From Prolixibacteraceae bacterium (GTDB lineage Bacteria; Bacteroidota; Bacteroidia; Bacteroidales; Prolixibacteraceae), in the NCBI GenBank assembly GCA_023229575.1, contig JALNYZ010000009.1:69581-133580 (forward strand): 64,000 bases of DNA. The letters run 5' to 3'. This document shows positions 44,047-54,043 of the stretch, one piece after another. The position numbers were made by a program, and so were the translations under genes. Each line of letters starts with the position of its first letter. The first letter of the stretch is position 1. Below the pieces are notes generated by a model. The model made no database searches. It saw only the letters and a program-made list of their open reading frames with translations, and was not told the origin of the DNA.

Positions 44047-45018
44047 ATGAAAAAAATATTAGCATTTCTTCTGGTCACGTTAGCAATGGGTTCATGCTAC
44101 AAAGACTACTTAAAAGATTTTGATTACAGCAGTGTCTATTTCACCTATCCGATAGATGTTCGTTCAGTTATAGTTGGCGAAGGGATGAAAATACAATTGG
44201 GCGTAGTGTTGGGAGGTGTCAGTACAAATGACAGGGACCGGAATGTGCTGTTTGCAGTTGACAATACACTGGTAAATTCTACTGCGCTCACTGCAATGAA
44301 AAGCGCTGCTGCCTATATACAAAGCGCTGTAAGTTCAGTTACTGCCCTGTCGCCGCTTCCTGCCAATTACTATACCCTGAGTGACAATAGTAAAATGGTC
44401 ATAAAAACAGGACAAAACATGGGTTCCATTACTTTGAAAGCCGACTCGGCCGCTTTTTTGACTGATCCTGCCACAATAATGCCAACCTATGCAATTGCAT
44501 TGAATATTACCAGCGCGGATGCAGATACGGTTCTTCAAGTTAAACGAACTGCAGTAATCGGATTAAAATACGAGAATATGTTGTTCGGCAATTACTTGCA
44601 TGGAGGTGTAACCACCGTCAAAGATGCTACCGGAAATGTTGTTCAGACCATTCCATATTATACTGCTGTCAATGCACCTGAAACGGCCATCTGGAAGTTG
44701 ACGACAGTAGCTCCAAATGCATTGATAACCAATGGATATAGCAACAAAACCACGGCAAAAGGCGAGATGAAGCTTACGCTGGATGGTTCCAACATTACGG
44801 TCAGTAGCAATGTTGGGGCAGCAAATACAATTCTTCCGGATGGAGCAAGTACCTATAACAGGGCTAAACTTCTTCAGAACCGCAAGATTCTCTTAAACTA
44901 TAAGTATGTAGTAGGCACAAACACCTATTATTGCCAGGATACATTGACATTTAGAAACCGGATACGGGATGGAGTAAACGAATGGCAGGATGAAAATCCC
45001 TCACATTACGTAAAGTAG
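44047..45018 (+). CDS. DUF1735-like surface lipoprotein (candidate surface glycan-binding protein)
   Basis: The ATG at 44047 gives MKKILAFLLVTLAMGSC (lipobox). The start DYSSVYFTYP... is typical of DUF1735/BT_3987-like domains. It sits immediately after susD, the usual SGBP position. Confidence 0.6.
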   Translation: MKKILAFLLVTLAMGSCYKDYLKDFDYSSVYFTYPIDVRSVIVGEGMKIQLGVVLGGVSTNDRDRNVLFAVDNTLVNSTALTAMKSAAAYIQSAVSSVTALSPLPANYYTLSDNSKMVIKTGQNMGSITLKADSAAFLTDPATIMPTYAIALNITSADADTVLQVKRTAVIGLKYENMLFGNYLHGGVTTVKDATGNVVQTIPYYTAVNAPETAIWKLTTVAPNALITNGYSNKTTAKGEMKLTLDGSNITVSSNVGAANTILPDGASTYNRAKLLQNRKILLNYKYVVGTNTYYCQDTLTFRNRIRDGVNEWQDENPSHYVK

Positions 45019-45262
45019 TCAGAAGTCACAATACATGATCCAATTTTTCACCAGGGCACAACCCCCTCTTCGTCAGAGGATGGGAGTTGTGCTCTGATGA
45101 TTGATCTTCCCGCCTTAGAGAATCCTGGGATTCTTTGAATTTTTTGGATCTGAACAATATATTAAGCGCCATTATATGATTTGATAATTTTCCAATTACT
45201 TAGAAACTGTTTAAATTTAATGGTTCTCTTGTTTTTTCGTCAGAAATCAGGCAAGAAAGACA

Positions 45263-45379
45263 GTGCCGTAGGCACATAATGTGGGTAGAAAGAGAATTTT
45301 GCGGATAATATCTCGTCCCGTACGGGACGAAATTTAGATCTGAATCCATTTTCTACCAACATAATATCCCTAACGGGAC
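45263..45379. repeat. REP/MITE-like cluster of short GC hairpins with nested inverted repeats
   Basis: Three hairpins or palindromes: GTGCCGTAGGCAC, CGTCCCGTACGGGACG (perfect 16-nt palindrome) and TCCCTAACGGGA. The central palindrome is flanked about 20 nt either side by GGTAGAAA (45284-45291) and TTTCTACC (45350-45357). Confidence 0.45.
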
Positions 45380-45428
45380 AATAAATCAAATTTTAATCAG
45401 CTTCTTAGCTTCACTCTAAATAAAGAAA

Positions 45429-46952
45429 ATGAGGAAAATAAAACTATCTGCAATTTTTTTACTGGTATCTGTTGTCTCACTTGCAGGATGTAACAAAGAC
45501 AAATCTGTCGTAAAAACCTTTACTGTAAATGTTATCACAGCGAACGGAACGGTTGAAAAAAGTCCCAATCTATCTACCTACAATGATGGGGCCCAGGTGC
45601 AATTGACAGCTAAGCCGAATCCCGATTTTAAGTTTACATCATGGAGCGGGGATATTACAAGTCCGGCAAATCCATTAACGGTTATCATGAATGGGGACAA
45701 AAATATCACGGCTAACTTTAATCAAATTGTTAAAGCTTTTACATTAACTGTGACAGCAATCAACGGAACTGTAGCCAATATGCCAGCGCTTGCTGTTTAT
45801 GCCAACGGGGCTTCGGTACAACTAACAGCAACGCCAAATTCAGGCTATACATTTACGTCGTGGGGTGGAGATGCCACCGGTTCGACAAATCCAGTGACGG
45901 TATTTATGGATGCGGAAAAAAATATTATCGCAAACTTTACGGCATTGCCTGCTACCATCGATGTGAAAAGTACAGGAGCAAAAGGTGATGGGGTGACCGA
46001 TGATACTGGGGCGATCCAGAACGCCATTGCTCAAATTGCCGGGACTGGCGGCACCGTTTTAATATCATCAGGCACCTACATGATCAATACCGGGGCTATT
46101 AACGATTATGCAGGAAGAAGAGGGCTTCAGTTGAAAAGCAACATGACATTAAAATTGGCCTCTGACGCAATATTGAAAGCAATCCCGAATAGTGGTGGGG
46201 TAGGTGGCACAGTTGTTGATCTCTTAAGCGCCGACAAAGTAGATATAACCGGTGGTACAATAATAGGCGACAGGGCGAACCCTGCACCCAATGAAAGTGG
46301 TGACTGTATTGCCGTCAGGGCTTCACACAATGTAACAGTAAAGAACATCACTTTAAAGGATGCCCATGATGATGGCATCATCATTGCATATGAATCTTCA
46401 AATGTTACTTTAGATGGTGTAGTTTCTGACAACAATCGGCGTCAGGGATTGTCCATCGTTTCGGTAGTTGGGGCTGTGATCAAAAACTCAGTTTTTAAAA
46501 ACACCATAGGTACCGCGCCCCAGTGTGGTATTGATGTTGAGCCAAATAAAGGAGAGGTTGTTAATGATGTCCTTATCCAAAATTGCGAGTTTTTTGGCAA
46601 TAAAAATCACGGGTTGGTACTGCAGGCTATGAATGGCGTTGTCAGCAATGTTATTGTTGATAAATGTTCATCTCACAACAATGTTTCGTGCGGTTTGGTG
46701 GCCTATAGAATATTATCAGCTTCAAAGAATAGTTTTACCAATAATACGGCCAATAACAATGGAAATTCCGGTATATTGTTAGGGAATAGTTCTGCGGATG
46801 TATCAGTTAACGGAAATATTTGCAACAACAATGGAAATTTCGGTATACTGATCAATAACAGCGCAACCGGGAACACCGATACAGGCAACACCGCCACCGG
46901 AAACACAAATGGGCAGATTGTTGACCAGGTTGGTGGCAATACAATCAAATAA
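45429..46952 (+). CDS. Surface lipoprotein: two divergent InlB B-repeat-like domains plus a pectate-lyase-fold beta-helix (paralogue of 1866-3413)
   Basis: Lipobox VVSLAGC. Two B-repeat units, GAKGDGVTDDTGAIQNAI, DNNRRQGLSIV and GIDVEPN. Collinear with the 1866 protein. Confidence 0.7.
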   Translation: MRKIKLSAIFLLVSVVSLAGCNKDKSVVKTFTVNVITANGTVEKSPNLSTYNDGAQVQLTAKPNPDFKFTSWSGDITSPANPLTVIMNGDKNITANFNQIVKAFTLTVTAINGTVANMPALAVYANGASVQLTATPNSGYTFTSWGGDATGSTNPVTVFMDAEKNIIANFTALPATIDVKSTGAKGDGVTDDTGAIQNAIAQIAGTGGTVLISSGTYMINTGAINDYAGRRGLQLKSNMTLKLASDAILKAIPNSGGVGGTVVDLLSADKVDITGGTIIGDRANPAPNESGDCIAVRASHNVTVKNITLKDAHDDGIIIAYESSNVTLDGVVSDNNRRQGLSIVSVVGAVIKNSVFKNTIGTAPQCGIDVEPNKGEVVNDVLIQNCEFFGNKNHGLVLQAMNGVVSNVIVDKCSSHNNVSCGLVAYRILSASKNSFTNNTANNNGNSGILLGNSSADVSVNGNICNNNGNFGILINNSATGNTDTGNTATGNTNGQIVDQVGGNTIK

Positions 46953-46954
46953 AA

Positions 46955-49312
46955 ATGAATAGAATGATCCAAAAAGTAGTTGTTTTTTTCGTATTAACGA
47001 CCCTGTCATATGGTAGTTTACAAGGTCAGTTATTACCTTATAAAGATTCCCGTTTAATAGTTGAGGAACGTGTAACGGACCTGATAAACAGGATGACCAT
47101 TGAAGAGAAAGTCGGCCAGATGCTGAAGGTAGTACTCTCCGACCTAAAAGTGGACGCGAAAGGTAATATTACCGAAGAATCACTGGAGAAACTTTTTCAT
47201 GGCAAGAGCATAGGATGCCTCGACCCACCACGCACGGATGTTGAGGGTATTGCGAAATACTCGGAAGCAGCCGATCAGTACCTGAGAACCAAAACCCGGT
47301 TGGGTATCCCTGCCATCCAGGTTGATTTGGGTGGCATACATGGACAATTGGCCTATGGAGCTACCAATTTTCCGCAATCAATTGGGCAGGGAAGCACCTG
47401 GAATCCTGAACTGATCGGGAAAATGGCACAGCTTATCGGTTATGAAGCGGGATTAACCGGATGTGACCAGCTCTTTGCCCCCCTGTTCGACATTGCAAGG
47501 GATCCCAGATATGGCAGGGTCGAGGAGTGTTTTGGGGAAGATCCATACCTCGTTGCCGAAATGGGGAAAGCTTTTCTCATCGGATTGCAGGGAGATCCCC
47601 AAATAACCCGGAACCATATTCCCGAGGGTCATATCATGGGAACCGCCAAACACTATGTAGCCTACTGTACCCCTACCGCCGGCATAAACATTGCCCCGGT
47701 TGAGGTTGGGCCAAGGGATTTGCGGAGTTTGCACCTCTATCCTTTCGAAAGGGCGGTCAAAGAGGCCAACGTCTATTGTATCATGCCCGCCTACAATGAG
47801 GTAAACGGTATTCCGGTACATGCCAACGAATACCTTTTACGGGACATCCTGCGAAAGGAATATGGCTTTAAAGGCTATGTATTTGCAGATTATGGCGCAG
47901 TCGGCATGTTACAGCGGGAGCACTACCTTACTGACAACAAAGCCGCAACTGCTGCGCTGGCATTGAAAGCAGGTGTTGACCAGGAGGGTTCTGATTTTGC
48001 CTATTCGGAACTGATCAATCTGGCAAAAAAAGATAAGGAAATTGCCGCTTTGGTGGATGAATCGGTAAGGAATATGCTGACCATAAAATTCAGGGCAGGG
48101 CTTTTTGACAAACCCTATTTTGCGCCTAAAAACCTGGCAAAGCTAGTTCATACGAAAGCTTCCATCCAACTGGCACGCGAAATCGCTGAGGAGTCGATCG
48201 TATTGCTGAAAAATCAGGATCATTTGTTGCCTCTGAAGCTCTCCGGGCTAAAGTCAATTGCCGTTATCGGGCCGAATGCCAATCAGGTTCAATATGGCGA
48301 TTACAGCATCACGAAAGACAATTCATCAGGCGTTACGATCCTCGAAGGGATAAAAAACATCGTAAAGGATAAAGTAAAGATCAACTTTGCCCAGGGCTGT
48401 GGTATCACAAGCCTGAACAACAGTGGATTGAAAGATGCCTTAGATGCGGCAAATAAAAGTGATGTGGTCGTATTGGTCATTGGCGGGTCAAGCATGTCTC
48501 TGGCTGGGACAGGATGGGGCGAATTGGCCAGGGATGGCGGTTACCCGACCTGTGGGGAAGGGTACGACAGGGCTGAATTGACCCCGCCAGGCATTCAATC
48601 CGAACTGATACAGGCAATCTACAAAACAGGCAAGCCCATCGTGCTGGTCATGGTTCATGGACGGGCTTATAGTATTAAATGGGAAAAAGAGCATCTTCCT
48701 GCCATTCTCGATGCCTGGTACCCGGGGGAGGAGGGAGGTAATGCCGTTGCCCGCATCCTGTTTGGAGAGGTGGCGCCTTCGGGAAGGCTCACGGTATCCG
48801 TACCTCAAAGCGTCGGTCAAGTGCCTGTATTCTATAATTACAAACCCACCGGCAGGGGACATTACCATAAACCAGGAACTCCTGAAATACCTGGAAGGGA
48901 CTATGTTTTTTCTTCGACCGATCCATTGTTTTCTTTTGGATTCGGATTGAGTTATACCCAATTTGAATATTCAGATTTGAAGTTAGGCCAAAAGGAATTA
49001 AGCGCAAGAGATACCGTTAAATTATCGGTTAAAGTTAAAAACATTGGAAAAGTCACAGGGAAAGAGGTGGTACAGGTTTATATCCGGGATAAAATCAGTT
49101 CGGTAACAACGCCGGTAAAAGTTTTGAAAGGGTTTAAAAAAACGGAAGTTAATCCAGGTGAATCTGCCCAATTGAGTTTTTTAATTCCCTGTCATGAACT
49201 TGGCCTTTGGGACAAAAACATGAATTATGTTGTTGAACCCGGGGAGTTTGAAATTATGGTAGGGGCATCAGCCGAGGATATCAAATTGGAGGATACGATC
49301 ACTGTTAAATAA
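46955..49312 (+). CDS. GH3 beta-glucosidase (BglX-like)
   Basis: MTIEEKVGQM, FDIARDPRYGRVEE.FGEDP, KHYVAY, GFKGYVFADYGAV (nucleophile region), and a C-terminal FnIII-like domain (SVKVKNIGKVTGKEVVQVY). Confidence 0.9.
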   Translation: MNRMIQKVVVFFVLTTLSYGSLQGQLLPYKDSRLIVEERVTDLINRMTIEEKVGQMLKVVLSDLKVDAKGNITEESLEKLFHGKSIGCLDPPRTDVEGIAKYSEAADQYLRTKTRLGIPAIQVDLGGIHGQLAYGATNFPQSIGQGSTWNPELIGKMAQLIGYEAGLTGCDQLFAPLFDIARDPRYGRVEECFGEDPYLVAEMGKAFLIGLQGDPQITRNHIPEGHIMGTAKHYVAYCTPTAGINIAPVEVGPRDLRSLHLYPFERAVKEANVYCIMPAYNEVNGIPVHANEYLLRDILRKEYGFKGYVFADYGAVGMLQREHYLTDNKAATAALALKAGVDQEGSDFAYSELINLAKKDKEIAALVDESVRNMLTIKFRAGLFDKPYFAPKNLAKLVHTKASIQLAREIAEESIVLLKNQDHLLPLKLSGLKSIAVIGPNANQVQYGDYSITKDNSSGVTILEGIKNIVKDKVKINFAQGCGITSLNNSGLKDALDAANKSDVVVLVIGGSSMSLAGTGWGELARDGGYPTCGEGYDRAELTPPGIQSELIQAIYKTGKPIVLVMVHGRAYSIKWEKEHLPAILDAWYPGEEGGNAVARILFGEVAPSGRLTVSVPQSVGQVPVFYNYKPTGRGHYHKPGTPEIPGRDYVFSSTDPLFSFGFGLSYTQFEYSDLKLGQKELSARDTVKLSVKVKNIGKVTGKEVVQVYIRDKISSVTTPVKVLKGFKKTEVNPGESAQLSFLIPCHELGLWDKNMNYVVEPGEFEIMVGASAEDIKLEDTITVK

Positions 49313-49320
49313 ATTGAACA

Positions 49321-50892
49321 ATGGGAAAAGCAATAATAACATTAATTCTGGCTTTTTGCTCGGCAAATATATTCGCCGAAAAGTTTGTGACAGAAATAAA
49401 ACCAATGACAGGAGAACAGTGGTATGGCGCTTATACCGCAAAAACCATTCAGCCCTATGGGGCCAATGTGAAGAAAATGGATTTAAATATTGAGAACTTC
49501 ACAAATCAGGCTGCACCGTTGCTTATTTCCAACATGGGCCGCTATGTTTGGAACGATAAACCTTTCGCCTTCGAATTTAAAGAGGGCAGTTTGATCCTTT
49601 ATTCTGAAACTGAAAAATTGGATGCTATTGCCTCCGGAAAAACACTGCGCGATGCGTATGTGGCAGTAAAGGATAATTATTTCCCTGCTTCTGGAAAAAC
49701 GCCCAATCCGCTGATGTTTAAAATGCCTCAATACAATACCTGGATTGAGCTTGGAACCAATCAAAATCAAAAAGATATTATAAAATATGCTGACAATGTA
49801 TTGAAAAACGGCTTCCCGACAGGCGTTTTTATGATTGATGATATATGGCAGAAATATTATGGAAACTTTGAATTTGATGCATCAAAGTTTTCCGATCCCA
49901 AAGGCATGGTGGACTATCTTCACGAAAAGGGTTTTAAAATTATGTTGTGGCTTACCCCATTTATCAGTCCTGATTGTAAGGAGTTTTTATTTTTGGAAAA
50001 AGAAGGATGTCTGGTGCTGAACAAAGAAAATAATAGTCCTGCCTTTATTAGATGGTGGAACGGCTACAGCGCCTGTCTGGATTTTACCAAACCGAAGGCC
50101 AATAATTGGTTAAAGGAACAATTGAAAAACCTGCAACAGAAATATGGTATTGACGGGTTCAAATTTGATGCGGCGGATTTTGATTTCTATTCCAAAAAAC
50201 CGACAAATGCGAGAGGATTTGAACAGGCCGAGATGTATGCAAAACTGGGAACTGCGTTCGATTTTAATGAGTTCAGGGCTTGTTGGAAAATGGGAAACCA
50301 ACCTCTTGCCCAGCGACTTGTAGATAAATCAAATTCTTGGGGCGATCTGAAATTGCTTGTTCCGGATATGGTTTCGGCAGGGCTCCTTGGTCATCCTTTT
50401 ACTTGTCCGGATATGATTGGCGGTGGATTGTTGTGGACTTTTTTAAACATTGATAAAAATAAGTTTGATCAGGAATTAATGGTCCGTTCTGCCCAAATAC
50501 AGGCTTTGATGCCGATGATGCAATTTTCGGTAGCGCCTTGGAGGGTGTTGGATGACAAGCATTTGTCACTGTGCCGTGAGGCAGCTTTGTTGCATGCCAA
50601 AATGGGTGGGTACATTTATGAACTGGCTCAAAAAGCCGCAAAGGACGGTGAGCCGATCGTTCGTCACATGGAATATTCTTTCCCGCATCAAGGATTCGAA
50701 GCTTGCAACGATCAGTACATGTTTGGAGAAAATTATTTAGTGGCCCCAATGATTGATAAAGGCGAAACAAGAGTGGTGAAATTACCAAAAGGGAATTGGG
50801 TTGATGATCAAGGTAAAAAATACAAGGGTGGACAATCAGTTACAATGAATGTACCACTTAATCGCCTCGTTTATTTTGTACGTCAGAAATAG
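49321..50892 (+). CDS. Clan GH-D alpha-glycosidase, GH31-like (paralogue of 3681-5297)
   Basis: PQYNTWIEL, IDDIWQKYYG, KIMLWLTPFISPD, IDGFKFDAADFD and MPMMQFSVAPWR, all collinear with the 3681 protein. Confidence 0.6.
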   Translation: MGKAIITLILAFCSANIFAEKFVTEIKPMTGEQWYGAYTAKTIQPYGANVKKMDLNIENFTNQAAPLLISNMGRYVWNDKPFAFEFKEGSLILYSETEKLDAIASGKTLRDAYVAVKDNYFPASGKTPNPLMFKMPQYNTWIELGTNQNQKDIIKYADNVLKNGFPTGVFMIDDIWQKYYGNFEFDASKFSDPKGMVDYLHEKGFKIMLWLTPFISPDCKEFLFLEKEGCLVLNKENNSPAFIRWWNGYSACLDFTKPKANNWLKEQLKNLQQKYGIDGFKFDAADFDFYSKKPTNARGFEQAEMYAKLGTAFDFNEFRACWKMGNQPLAQRLVDKSNSWGDLKLLVPDMVSAGLLGHPFTCPDMIGGGLLWTFLNIDKNKFDQELMVRSAQIQALMPMMQFSVAPWRVLDDKHLSLCREAALLHAKMGGYIYELAQKAAKDGEPIVRHMEYSFPHQGFEACNDQYMFGENYLVAPMIDKGETRVVKLPKGNWVDDQGKKYKGGQSVTMNVPLNRLVYFVRQK

Positions 50893-50907
50893 GTTTAAAG
50901 TGTTGTC

Positions 50908-53900
50908 ATGAAAAAAGTAGCGTTTCTATTTATCCTTTTCCTTTTGTATTTGCAGCTTGCAGCTCAAAAGGCCACTATTACGGAAGAGGTTAGGGAGGTA
51001 CTCACCTATCCCTACAGCGACCCAAGCCCAATACCGGTATTGTCCGAAAGGAACTTCAAGATCTATCCTTACCACACATTCGATGGATATTCGGTAAGCG
51101 CAATGAAGCAAAAATGGAAAGTCGTAAAACTGGAAAACGATTACATAGAAGTCTATATTTTACCCGAAGTGGGGGGCAAGATCTGGGGGGCTGTCGAGAA
51201 ATCGACCGGCAAGGAGTTTATTTACCACAATGATGTGATGAAGTTCCGGAACATCTCCATGCGTGGCCCGTGGACTTCGGGTGGAATTGAATACAATTTG
51301 GGATTAATAGGACATTCACCTGCAACCTCGAGCCCTGTTGATTACCTGACCAGGGAAAATCCCGATGGAAGCGTAAGTTGTTTTGTTGGCAACATGGATT
51401 TGCCTTCCCGCACACAGTGGAGGGTTGAAGTGAGGTTGCCTAAAGACAAGGCATATTTTGAAACCATCCCCTTGTGGAACAACCCGACGCCAATTCCACA
51501 ATCCTACTATTGCTTTATGACCGGTGCTGCCGGTGTTTCTGACGATCTGGAGTTTTTCTATCCCGGAAACCAGGCGCTGGAGCACAATGGGAGGGTCAAG
51601 CCGTGGCCTTACCAGGATGGCCACCTCAAATCAATCTATCCGAACAACGCCTATGGTTCGCATACATCGATACATGTCGTTGGCGGCTACAATGACTTCA
51701 TGGGCGGCTATTACCACAAGTCGGAATTTGGTTTCGGCCATTGGGCCCTCTACAACGATATGCCGGGCCGCAAACTTTGGCTTTGGGCTTTGTCGGGTGA
51801 AGGCGAAATATGGAAGGACCTGTTAACCGACAGACACGGCCAATACATGGAATTCCAGGCCGGGCGCACCTTTAACCAATACGCGCAATCTTCGTTCAGA
51901 AGCCCCATTAAGGAGATGCCCTTTAATCCCGGTGTTACCGACCAATGGAAAGAGATCTGGTTTCCGGTAAAAGGGATAGGCGGATTGCAGGAAGTCTCCC
52001 CGATGGGCGTATTAAATGTCAAACATGAAAACGGAAAGCTGGAAATAGGGATCAATGCCCTCTCATTTGTTCAGGCCAAAATAATTGTCACCTCCAACGG
52101 GAAAACCATTTACACTCAGGACAAAAAATTCAGTCCAATGGATGTTTACAAAACTTCTGTTGCCCTGGCCGATGATGCCCCTTACGAAGTGAAGGCAGAA
52201 GGCATGGATCTTTTGCACGGTTCTGTAAACACAAAATTGATCAAACGGCCCTTTGCCACAGTTTTGCCAGCCGATCCCTCAAGCGCTTCAAGCTTGTACC
52301 AGGACGGGATACAACTGAAGGAGAACAGGAATTACAAATCTGCCAGGACAGCGTTAAAAAAGTGCCTGGCCAAAGATCCGCTTTACATAGATGCCATGGC
52401 AGCCCTGACCGAGTTGTATTACCGCAGCAATCAGCTGGATTCGGCATTGTTCTTTGCCAACCGGGCCTTGCAATTGGATGCATACCATCCGGCAGCCAAC
52501 TATTTTGAGGGAATAACTTATCGTGCCCAGGGAGACCTGGTCAATGCGCTTGAAACCTTTGGATGGGCCGCCCGATCGATGGAGTTTCGGTCTGCGGCCT
52601 ATTCCCAGATGGCCGGTATCGAACTTCAGCTTCATGACTTAAAGTTGGCACGCCACTATGCAAACCAGTCGTTGGACTATAATCGGTTCAATTTTAATGC
52701 CTTTAAAGTGCTGTCAATCATCTACCGGCAACAGGGGAATTTCGAACTGGCCGACCAGATGATCAACAATATGCTCACCATGGACCCATTGAACCATTTT
52801 GCCCGTTTTGAGCAATACCTTTTGCATTCTTCACCGGAGAACCTCGCCAAATTCAAAGAGGGGATCAGGAATGAATTCCCTTACCAGGCTTACCTTGAAT
52901 TGGCCATGGATTATTATGGTTCAGGTCAAAAGGATGATGCATTAATGGTACTTGAAAACGCACCGTCCCATCCGTTGGTTGGCCTCTGGAAGGCATTTCT
53001 GAAGAATGATCCGTCACTGCTGGCCGATATCGCGAAACAATCACCTGAATTTGTTTTCCCCTACCGTACTGAAACAGTTGCGGCATTGAACTGGGCGGTT
53101 GCAAACAGCAATCATTGGAAATTAAAGTATTACCTGGCATTAAACTATTGGGCCATTCAAAGGGAAGATGATGCCATAAAACTGTTCAGGGCTTGTGGAG
53201 CGGAACCTGATTATGCCATTTTCTACCTCTCGCGTGCCAGTCTGGATAAGCAAAGCGAAGGGAAGCAAGAGCTCAGTGACCTACTGACAGCCCATCGGTT
53301 GTCACCGGACGATTGGCGTACATCGGATAAGCTGATTGAGTATTATATAAATAACTCTGATAATAAAACTGCCTTATCCCTTTCAAGTGAAGCTTCCGCG
53401 AAATTTAAGAACAATTTCAACCTGGCCCTGCAACATGCCATCGTGCAGTTGAACAACAACCAATTCAGGGAGAGCATCAAAACGCTCGAAAACACCCAAA
53501 TACTTCCTTTTGAAGGATCTACGCAGGGAAAAACGGTGTATGAACAAGCTTGCCTGCTTCTTTCCATTGATCTGATGAAAAAGAAGAATTTTAGGGAAGC
53601 AATTGCAAACCTGGAAAAGTCGAAATCATGGCCTGCCAACCTTGGGGTAGGCGCGCCCTATGATCCGGATAACAGGATGCAGGATTACCTCGAAGCGATC
53701 TGCCTGGAAAAAACCGGCAAGGCCAAGGAGGCTGCCGGAATGCGGGATTCGGTACTGACATATACAAAACAACATTCCGGCGGATCCGGAAACAAATACA
53801 ACAACCTGCTTGCCCTTCTGATCCTGCAGCAGCAAGGAGAAACGGGATCTGTCGATGCCCTGATTAAAAATATTCAAGGAACAGGCCAACGCGGACAAAC

Positions 53901-54027
53901 GGTCAACCGCTGGGTTGTTGCTTATTTTAATCACGATAGTGCTACCTGCGGAACGTTGGAAAAAGAGTTGGACAAAGACCGTTACTTTATAATTATGAAA
54001 GGCATCCTTGGTTTTATCAACCAATAA
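50908..54027 (+). CDS. Large secreted protein: DUF5107-like N-terminal domain plus long C-terminal TPR array
   Basis: Signal peptide ...LQLAAQ. The N-terminal ~370 aa include EVGGKIWGAVEKSTGKEFIYHNDV..RGPWTSGGIEYNLG, which I recognise as DUF5107-like (mutarotase-like beta-sandwich). Residues ~480-1000 show repeated 34-aa TPR-like periodicity (e.g. ALKKCLAKDPLYIDAMAALTELYY). The function is unknown. Confidence 0.55.
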   Translation: MKKVAFLFILFLLYLQLAAQKATITEEVREVLTYPYSDPSPIPVLSERNFKIYPYHTFDGYSVSAMKQKWKVVKLENDYIEVYILPEVGGKIWGAVEKSTGKEFIYHNDVMKFRNISMRGPWTSGGIEYNLGLIGHSPATSSPVDYLTRENPDGSVSCFVGNMDLPSRTQWRVEVRLPKDKAYFETIPLWNNPTPIPQSYYCFMTGAAGVSDDLEFFYPGNQALEHNGRVKPWPYQDGHLKSIYPNNAYGSHTSIHVVGGYNDFMGGYYHKSEFGFGHWALYNDMPGRKLWLWALSGEGEIWKDLLTDRHGQYMEFQAGRTFNQYAQSSFRSPIKEMPFNPGVTDQWKEIWFPVKGIGGLQEVSPMGVLNVKHENGKLEIGINALSFVQAKIIVTSNGKTIYTQDKKFSPMDVYKTSVALADDAPYEVKAEGMDLLHGSVNTKLIKRPFATVLPADPSSASSLYQDGIQLKENRNYKSARTALKKCLAKDPLYIDAMAALTELYYRSNQLDSALFFANRALQLDAYHPAANYFEGITYRAQGDLVNALETFGWAARSMEFRSAAYSQMAGIELQLHDLKLARHYANQSLDYNRFNFNAFKVLSIIYRQQGNFELADQMINNMLTMDPLNHFARFEQYLLHSSPENLAKFKEGIRNEFPYQAYLELAMDYYGSGQKDDALMVLENAPSHPLVGLWKAFLKNDPSLLADIAKQSPEFVFPYRTETVAALNWAVANSNHWKLKYYLALNYWAIQREDDAIKLFRACGAEPDYAIFYLSRASLDKQSEGKQELSDLLTAHRLSPDDWRTSDKLIEYYINNSDNKTALSLSSEASAKFKNNFNLALQHAIVQLNNNQFRESIKTLENTQILPFEGSTQGKTVYEQACLLLSIDLMKKKNFREAIANLEKSKSWPANLGVGAPYDPDNRMQDYLEAICLEKTGKAKEAAGMRDSVLTYTKQHSGGSGNKYNNLLALLILQQQGETGSVDALIKNIQGTGQRGQTVNRWVVAYFNHDSATCGTLEKELDKDRYFIIMKGILGFINQ

Positions 54028-54043
54028 ATTCTTAAGAAAAAAA

